Notes under the pieces: generated by a model | Database searches by the model: none | Seen by the model: the letters and a program-made list of their open reading frames with translations, nothing else | What the model was told of the DNA's origin: nothing | From: an uncultured Actinomycetes bacterium | GTDB lineage: Bacteria > Actinomycetota > Thermoleophilia > Gaiellales > Gaiellaceae | Assembly (NCBI GenBank): GCA_963794255.1 | Contig: CAWCDC010000010.1 | Coordinates: 206,033-270,032 of the forward strand | Direction of reading: 5' to 3' | DNA: 64,000 nucleotides | Translations under genes and position numbers: made by a program | Part shown: one piece after another, positions 58,384-64,000 of the stretch | Numbering within the stretch: the stretch's first letter is position 1 | Layout of the letters: every line of letters starts with the position of its first letter

Positions 58384-58412
58384 CCGGACGAAGAGCGAAG
58401 CTCTTCGTCCGG
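58384..58412 (-). terminator. stem-loop immediately downstream of the yqeY-like gene (no U-tract)
   Basis: Perfect 13-bp stem CCGGACGAAGAGC / GCTCTTCGTCCGG with a 3-nt loop, 2 nt from the stop at 58414. Confidence 0.45.
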
Positions 58413-58413
58413 C

Positions 58414-58857
58414 TCAGGCGAGTTTTTCGCGGACGAGCTGGCTCACCTGGGAGCCGTCGGCACGGCCGGCGATCTGGGGCATCACGTCGGCCATCACGCG
58501 GCCGAGGTCGGCCATGCTCGTCGCCCCCACCTCGGCGATGACGTCATCGACGATCTCCTCGACCTCGTCCTCTGAGAGCGGCTCGGGCATGAACTCCTCG
58601 AGCACCTCGAGCTCGCGCTCCTCGGCAGCGGCCTGCTCCTCGCGGCCGCCGTTTCGGAACGCGTCGGCCGCCTCGACCCGCCGCTTCCGCTCGCGCTGCA
58701 GCACCTGCAGCTCCTCCTCCTCGCTGAGCGGGCGCTGCAGCTCCTTCTCGGAGTTCTTGAGCGCGTTCAGGATCAGGCGCAGCGTGTCGCGGCGCTCCGC
58801 GTCGCGGGCGCGCATCGCATCTTTCAACTCGTCGTCGATCTCCTCGATCAAGCTCAA
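58414..58857 (-). CDS. GatB/YqeY-domain protein
   Basis: TTG-SLIEEIDDELKDAMRARDAERRDTLRLILNALKN..EEFMPEPLSEDEV..MGRVMADVMPQIAGRADGSQVSQLV. Confidence 0.8.
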   Translation of the reverse strand: MSLIEEIDDELKDAMRARDAERRDTLRLILNALKNSEKELQRPLSEEEELQVLQRERKRRVEAADAFRNGGREEQAAAEERELEVLEEFMPEPLSEDEVEEIVDDVIAEVGATSMADLGRVMADVMPQIAGRADGSQVSQLVREKLA

Positions 58858-59168
58858 GCCCAGCCGCCTTTGATGTGCCAGTGCAGATGGAAAACCGTCT
58901 GGCCCGCGCTGGGGCCGACATTGACTGTGACACGGTAATCCGTCAACCCCTCGCGTGCTGCGACCTCGGCGACGAACTCGAGCATCCGCTTCGCCTCCTC
59001 GGCCGGAAACTCCGAGATCTCGCGGAACGAGTCGACGTGGCGTTCGGGCAGGACGAGCAGATGGACGGGCGCCTGCGGGTTGATGTCGCGGATGGCGACG
59101 AAGCCGTCGGTCGCGGCCACATGGTCGCCCTCCCGGTAGAGCGTGCAGAAGAGACAGTCCTCGTTCAC
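58854..59168 (-). CDS. histidine triad (HIT) family nucleotide hydrolase
   Basis: GTG-NEDCLFCTLYREG..VAIRDINPQAPVHLLVLP..NVGPSAGQTVFHLHWHIKGG. Confidence 0.85.
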   Translation of the reverse strand: MNEDCLFCTLYREGDHVAATDGFVAIRDINPQAPVHLLVLPERHVDSFREISEFPAEEAKRMLEFVAEVAAREGLTDYRVTVNVGPSAGQTVFHLHWHIKGGWA

Positions 59169-60364
59169 GCCGCGAGGATCCCCTCCTCCGAGACCGCGCC
59201 GCCGCGTACATCGACGAGCTCGCCGACCGGCGTCGCCTCCGGAACGAGCCACGGGGAGTAGTCGTCGCCGTAGCCGCGGCCTCGGCGGTCGACGAGCACG
59301 ACGTCGTCGCGGCCGATCTTGGAGCGCCAGTGGGCGAGGCAGGCTTCGTGGGACGCCGCCCGCAGGCGCGCGCTCCGCTCTTTCTTCGCGCGCGGCGGAA
59401 CCGGATCCTCGGTTGCGGTGCCGGTTCCCGGGCGCGGCGAATACGGGAAGACGTGCACCTTCGTCAGGCCGGCTTCGCCGACGGCGCGCAGCGTGTTCTC
59501 GAACGCGCGCGCGTCCTCGGTCGGGAAGCCGACGATGACGTCGCTCGTGAGATTGAAGTCGTCGCGCAGCGGCTCGAGCCGGCGTAGGTAGGTGCCGACC
59601 GAGTAGCGGCGCCCCATCGCGCGCAGGACGGCGTCGTCGCCGGATTGCAGCGGCACGTGAAGATGGCGGCTCGCGTTCGGCGTCTCGCGCAGTGCGCGGA
59701 CGAGCTCGTCGTCGACGTGGTTGATCTCGATCGAGGAGAGGCGCAGCCGCTCGAGGCCGGGCGTCGCGCCCGCCTCCCTGACCAGGCGCGCGAAGCGGTA
59801 GCCCGCAGAGCGGTCCCGATAGCAGCCGAGGTTGATCCCGGTCAGGACGACCTCGCGGTGCCCCTGCGCGACCCGCCGCCGGATCTCGGCCAGCACCGCC
59901 TCGGCGGGGCGGCTCCGCGAGGCTCCGCGGACGAGCGGGATCACGCAGAACCGGCACGAGAACGAGCAGCCGTCCTGCACCTTGACGAACGCGCGGACGC
60001 GATCGAGTCGCGCCTCGGCCTGGACGCAGCCGATCGCGCCGACGTCGCCGGCGACGAAGGCGGGAGTCTCCTCGCTGCGGCGCGCGACGACGACGACGTT
60101 GTCGGGCAGGCCGGTGAAGGCCTCGCCTGCGATGTTCGCCGCGCAGCCCGTGACGTAGACGCGGCGGTGCGTCCGCGCCGCGCGTGCCGCCTCCTTGCGC
60201 GACTTCGCCACCGCTTCGTGGGTCACGCAGCAGGTGTTCACGACGGCCACGTCGGCGCCGCCGTCGCGCTCGTCGTGGCCGTCCGCGAGCAGCTGCTCGC
60301 GCACCGCGTGCGCGTCGACGTGCGAGACCTTGCAGCCCAGGAACCGGACGGAGAACGTCGTCAC
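59165..60364 (-). CDS. mtaB: radical-SAM methylthiotransferase, MtaB-like
   Basis: Intact from GTG-TTFSVRFLGCKVSHVD..VNTCCVT..VQDGCSFSCRFCVIP (CxxxCxxC)..TSDVIVGFPTE. Its position after prmA fits the usual operon. Confidence 0.8.
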   Translation of the reverse strand: MTTFSVRFLGCKVSHVDAHAVREQLLADGHDERDGGADVAVVNTCCVTHEAVAKSRKEAARAARTHRRVYVTGCAANIAGEAFTGLPDNVVVVARRSEETPAFVAGDVGAIGCVQAEARLDRVRAFVKVQDGCSFSCRFCVIPLVRGASRSRPAEAVLAEIRRRVAQGHREVVLTGINLGCYRDRSAGYRFARLVREAGATPGLERLRLSSIEINHVDDELVRALRETPNASRHLHVPLQSGDDAVLRAMGRRYSVGTYLRRLEPLRDDFNLTSDVIVGFPTEDARAFENTLRAVGEAGLTKVHVFPYSPRPGTGTATEDPVPPRAKKERSARLRAASHEACLAHWRSKIGRDDVVLVDRRGRGYGDDYSPWLVPEATPVGELVDVRGGAVSEEGILAA

Positions 60365-61062
60365 GGCCGGAATTCGAGCAGGTCCGCCGCCCAGCCGTCG
60401 CGGACGCGCCGCTCCAACCGCTGCCAGCCTTCGGCGCGCGGCTCGTCGCGCTCGAGATAACCGGACGTGATCGCGCGCTCGACCGCCAGCTGCGGGAGCA
60501 TCGCCTCGACCACGTCGAGCGCGATGTTCAGCACCGCGAGCTGTGCGGGCTCGAGCTTTACTCCCACCTCGATCCCGACCTCGTTCGCGGCCGCGTTCGC
60601 GCGGGTCATCTCGAGCGCCACGTCGTCGACGTCGACCGCCCTGATCGGCGCGAAGCCGAGCTTCGCCGCCGCGATCGAGAGGACGCCCGAACCGCAGCCG
60701 ACGTCGAGCAGGCTCGCGGGCTCGACCTCCTGCAGGAGCTCGAGGCAGAGCCGCGTCGTCGCGTGGGCGCCGGTGCCGAAGGCGCGGCCGGGATCGATCA
60801 CGACCGCGCGCGCGTCCGCCGGAGGCTCCTCCCACGGTGGGCCGACCCAGAGCCGGCCGATCCGGACGCCGCGGTGGAAGTCACGCCACCTGTCCGGCCA
60901 GCCTTCGTCGACCTCGTCCACCGTGACGACGTCGAAGCCGAGCGGCGGCTCGTCGGCGTAGACGGCAAACGCGCCGTCCAGCTCCTCGACGCCCTCCGGG
61001 AAGATGTGGAGCAGAAGCGCGAGCTCCGGTTCGCCGCCCACCACGACGTAGCGCTTGAGCAC
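60361..61062 (-). CDS. prmA: ribosomal protein L11 methyltransferase (short form)
   Basis: ..VVIDPGRAFGTGAHATTRLCLELL..LLDVGCGSGVLSIAAAKLG..AVDVDDVA.. Confidence 0.8.
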   Translation of the reverse strand: MLKRYVVVGGEPELALLLHIFPEGVEELDGAFAVYADEPPLGFDVVTVDEVDEGWPDRWRDFHRGVRIGRLWVGPPWEEPPADARAVVIDPGRAFGTGAHATTRLCLELLQEVEPASLLDVGCGSGVLSIAAAKLGFAPIRAVDVDDVALEMTRANAAANEVGIEVGVKLEPAQLAVLNIALDVVEAMLPQLAVERAITSGYLERDEPRAEGWQRLERRVRDGWAADLLEFRP

Positions 61063-62186
61063 TAGCGGAACGCGCTCTTGAGCTTGTCGAAGAGCCCGCC
61101 GTCGCCCTTGCCGTACGTGTCCCCGTCGGCGTGGTCGTCGAACTCCCGCAGGAGCCGCCGCTGCTCGTCGCTCAGCCGTCGCGGCACGAGGACGTTGACC
61201 AGGACTCGCTGGTCGCCGCGGCCACGGCCCTGGAGCACGGGCATGCCGCGCCCGCGCAGGACGACGATCTCGCCCGGCTGCGTCCCCGCGGAGAGCTCGA
61301 GCTCCTCGTCTCCGTCGAGAGTCGGGATCGCGACGGTCGTGCCGAGCGCAGCCTGCGTGAACGTGACGGCGACGGTCGAGTAGATGTCGTCCCCCTCGCG
61401 CACGAACCGCTCGTCGGGCCGGATGTGCACCTCGACGTAGACGTCGCCCGCACGCCCGCCGACTACGCCGGCGTGTCCCTCTCCGCTGTGCCGGATCTGC
61501 TGGTCGTGATGGATTCCGGGCGGGATCTCGACGGCGAGCGTCCGAGTCTCGACGACGCGACCGGCACCGCGGCACTCGACGCACGGCTGCTCGATCTGCC
61601 GGCCGGAGCCCGAGCAGGTCGGGCACATCTGGGTGCGTACGAACTCGCCGAAGACGCTTCGGGTCACCTGCTGGAGCCGTCCGGCGCCACCGCAGGTCGC
61701 GCACGTCGTGATCGCGCTGCCCGGCTCCGCCCCTTCCCCGTCGCAGTGGGCGCACGTCACGGCGACCTCGTAGGGCACCTCCCGGCTGACGCCGTGAGCG
61801 GCCTCGACCAGGTCGATCTCGACCACCGCGCCGATGTCGGCGCCGTGCACCCGCCCACTCCCGGCTCGACCGCCGAAGAGAACGTCCTCCCCGAAAAAGG
61901 CCGAGAAGAGATCGGCGAGGTTGCCGAAGTCGACGTGTCCCGTTTGGAAGCCGCCGCTCCTCAGCCCGGCGTGGCCGAAGCGGTCGTAGAGGTCGCGTGT
62001 CTCGCTCTTCGACAGCACCTCGTACGCCTCGACCACCTCGCGGAAGCGCTCCTGCGCGTCCGGCGCGTCGGAGACGTCCGGGTGAAGCTCGCGCGCGAGC
62101 TGCCGGAACGCTCGCTTGATGTCGGCCTCGCTCGCGTTCCGCCCGACTCCGAGGAGCTCGTAGTAGTCGCGGTCGGTGGTCGCCAT
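61062..62186 (-). CDS. dnaJ: molecular chaperone DnaJ
   Basis: Intact 374-aa ORF. J domain DYYELLGV..HPD, four CxxCxGxG zinc motifs. Confidence 0.95.
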   Translation of the reverse strand: MATTDRDYYELLGVGRNASEADIKRAFRQLARELHPDVSDAPDAQERFREVVEAYEVLSKSETRDLYDRFGHAGLRSGGFQTGHVDFGNLADLFSAFFGEDVLFGGRAGSGRVHGADIGAVVEIDLVEAAHGVSREVPYEVAVTCAHCDGEGAEPGSAITTCATCGGAGRLQQVTRSVFGEFVRTQMCPTCSGSGRQIEQPCVECRGAGRVVETRTLAVEIPPGIHHDQQIRHSGEGHAGVVGGRAGDVYVEVHIRPDERFVREGDDIYSTVAVTFTQAALGTTVAIPTLDGDEELELSAGTQPGEIVVLRGRGMPVLQGRGRGDQRVLVNVLVPRRLSDEQRRLLREFDDHADGDTYGKGDGGLFDKLKSAFR

Positions 62187-62222
62187 CGCCGGAATGTAGC
62201 GGCGGCGTCCGCGGTCTCAGCC

Positions 62223-63260
62223 TCAGGCTTCGTCGTAGATCGACTCGACGAAGCGCGACAGCTCGAGCGCGGCCGAGCGAACGGCGCCGAGCGCCTTCTC
62301 GTAGTCCATCCGAACGGGGCCGACGAGGCTGACGGCGCCGAGCGCGCGATGGACGAGCCCGTAACAGGCTCCGACGAGCGCGATCTCCGCGAGAGCCGGG
62401 TGCTCGAGCTCGTGCCCGAGGCGGACAAAAGGTCGCCGCGAGGCGCTCGGTTCTCCGAGCACGTCGATCAAGTCGGCCCGGCGTTCGACGAGCTCGAACA
62501 GGCTGCGATATGCGTCCAGCTCGTCGGCGCGAACCTCGCCGAGCAGGTCGGCGGCGCCGCCCACGTAGAGGCGCTGCTCGGCGGAGACGAGCTCCGTGAA
62601 CGCCGGCCAGAGCGCGGCCAGGAACGCGCGCTCGCCGGAGCTGAGGCCCGCCTCCTCGAAGCGCCTGCGGAGCAGCCCGGTACCGAGCTGCAGTCCGGCC
62701 ACGGACTCGTTGAGGTAGTCGTTCGCCCACTGCGCGAGGCCCGCGTCGACCGGCTCCTCGAAGTGGAAGAGCCGCTTCGAGACGCCGCCCGCCGACGTGA
62801 TGACGACGACCATCACGAGCTGAGGCTGCAGCAGGAGCACTTCCACGTGTCGCACGTGCGTCGCCTCGAGCGGAGGCGCCGAGACGAGCGCGAGCAGGCG
62901 CGTGACCTGCGAGAGCATCTCGGTCGTCGCCTGCAGCGCCGACTCGACCTCGGTGCTGGTGGTCGTCAGATCGAGCGGGAAGGCCGCCGGCTGCGGCTCG
63001 AGTCGCCCGAGCAGCTCGTCCGCGTAGTAGCGGTAGCCACGCTCGGTCGGCACGCGGCCGGCCGAGGTGTGCGGATGCGTGAGGAGCCCCAGCTGCTCGA
63101 GCTCCGCGAGCTCTGCCCGGACGGTCGACGGCGAGACGCGAAGGTCCGAACGCTCGACGAGCGTCTTCGACCCGACGGGCTCTCCGGTACCGACGAACTC
63201 CTCGACCACGCGGCGCAAAACGGCCCGCTGCCGTTCGCTCAGCTGCACTGTTTCCGGCAT
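62223..63260 (-). CDS. hrcA: heat-inducible transcription repressor HrcA
   Basis: Intact 345-aa ORF: LSERQRAVLRRVVEEFVGTGEPVGSKTLVE..SPSTVRAELAELEQLGLLTHPHTSAGRVPT. Confidence 0.95.
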   Translation of the reverse strand: MPETVQLSERQRAVLRRVVEEFVGTGEPVGSKTLVERSDLRVSPSTVRAELAELEQLGLLTHPHTSAGRVPTERGYRYYADELLGRLEPQPAAFPLDLTTTSTEVESALQATTEMLSQVTRLLALVSAPPLEATHVRHVEVLLLQPQLVMVVVITSAGGVSKRLFHFEEPVDAGLAQWANDYLNESVAGLQLGTGLLRRRFEEAGLSSGERAFLAALWPAFTELVSAEQRLYVGGAADLLGEVRADELDAYRSLFELVERRADLIDVLGEPSASRRPFVRLGHELEHPALAEIALVGACYGLVHRALGAVSLVGPVRMDYEKALGAVRSAALELSRFVESIYDEA

Positions 63261-63304
63261 TTGCAGGAGATTTTAGCCGGTCTGCTCGTGCTCGACTGGC
63301 CGAG

Positions 63305-64000
63305 TCAGGCGAGGATCTCGGCCGTCACGCCGCCGCCGAGAAAGCGTCCGCGCCGGGTGAGCGCGAGGGTCTCGCCGCTGTCGACCGCGAGGCCGAGCTC
63401 CTCGACGCGCGCCAGCCCCGCGAGGTCGAGCGCGTAGCGCAGGCCGCCGACCGCCACGGGCTCGTCGAGCCGAAGCCCGAGCATCAGGCGCTCCCGCGCA
63501 CGGATGTCGGCGTCGAGCTGCTCGAGCTCACGCTCGGGGCGCACGCCGGCCGCGAGCGCCTCCAGGTAGCGCCCGAGCCGAGGCGCGTTCCGCCAACGCC
63601 GGTTCTCGATTGTGCTGACCGCGCCTATCCCAAGCCCGAGGTAGTCCCGGCCGAGCCAGTAGGCGAGGTTGTGCCGCGCGCGGAGGTCCCGCCCGTCCGC
63701 GTCGACGCGGCAGAAGTTCGCCGTCTCGTACCACCGGTAGCCGGCGCTCGTCAGCCTCTCGACGACGCGCTCGAAGTAGTCCTCCATCGCGTCGGCCTGG
63801 CGCCCGAGCTCTGCTCCCCAGGCGTGGGTGAAGCGCGTCCCCGGCTTCGCCTCGAGCTCGTAGCAGGAGAGATGCTCCGGCTCGAGCGCGAGGGCGTCGT
63901 CGAGGTCGGCCTCGAGATCGGAGGCGCTCTGGCCGGGAATCCCGTAGATGAGGTCGAGCGAGATGTTGTCGAATCCGGCATCACGAAGATGATGCACCGC
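63305..64000 (-). CDS. hemW: radical-SAM heme chaperone HemW / oxygen-independent coproporphyrinogen oxidase-like, C-terminal part (continues past the window)
   Basis: ..GFDNISLDLIYGIPGQS..EHLSCYEL..YETANFC..HNLAYWLGRDYLGLGIGA.. Confidence 0.85.
   Translation of the reverse strand, partial: AVHHLRDAGFDNISLDLIYGIPGQSASDLEADLDDALALEPEHLSCYELEAKPGTRFTHAWGAELGRQADAMEDYFERVVERLTSAGYRWYETANFCRVDADGRDLRARHNLAYWLGRDYLGLGIGAVSTIENRRWRNAPRLGRYLEALAAGVRPERELEQLDADIRARERLMLGLRLDEPVAVGGLRYALDLAGLARVEELGLAVDSGETLALTRRGRFLGGGVTAEILA

Noticed and set aside
63261-63304. Search for a CIRCE element (TTAGCACTC-N9-GAGTGCTAA) upstream of hrcA
   Set aside because: No acceptable match was seen in the 44-bp spacer. 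TTAGCCGGT has no inverted partner. The operon promoter probably lies upstream of hemW, outside the window.

Overview
High-GC (roughly 70%) bacterial chromosomal segment. Gene content and order suggest an Actinomycetota-like organism, which is inference only. Most of the window is housekeeping. It holds hppA (partial), ybdK, rex, gdhA, the t6A operon tsaE-tsaB-rimI-tsaD, udg, greA, an ECF sigma module, panC-panB, uvrA with an SOS box, uvrB, coaE-rpsA, polA and tRNA-Leu(CAA). It also holds pfk, an ALDH pair, deoC, era-cdd, dgkA-ybeY-phoH, and the hemW-hrcA-dnaJ-prmA-mtaB-hit-yqeY block. No rRNA gene and no CRISPR array was seen. Three things stand out. (1) A ~35-40 bp repeat family with core TCGSCTGGGCCAG and two tail subtypes brackets small foreign-looking units at three loci. 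The largest is a 5.3 kb polar array (34.2-39.6 kb) of single-gene units. It ends in a 2.85 kb integrated module encoding an HUH rolling-circle Rep and a large serine recombinase next to the polA stop. (2) A RES/Xre toxin-antitoxin pair with a palindromic operator sits beside the tRNA. (3) Many conserved genes carry reading-frame breaks, especially in the first 16.6 kb, while long genes such as uvrA, uvrB and polA are intact. This most likely reflects indel errors in the sequence, so coordinates of broken genes are approximate. All protein family calls rest on motif recognition from memory, not on database searches.
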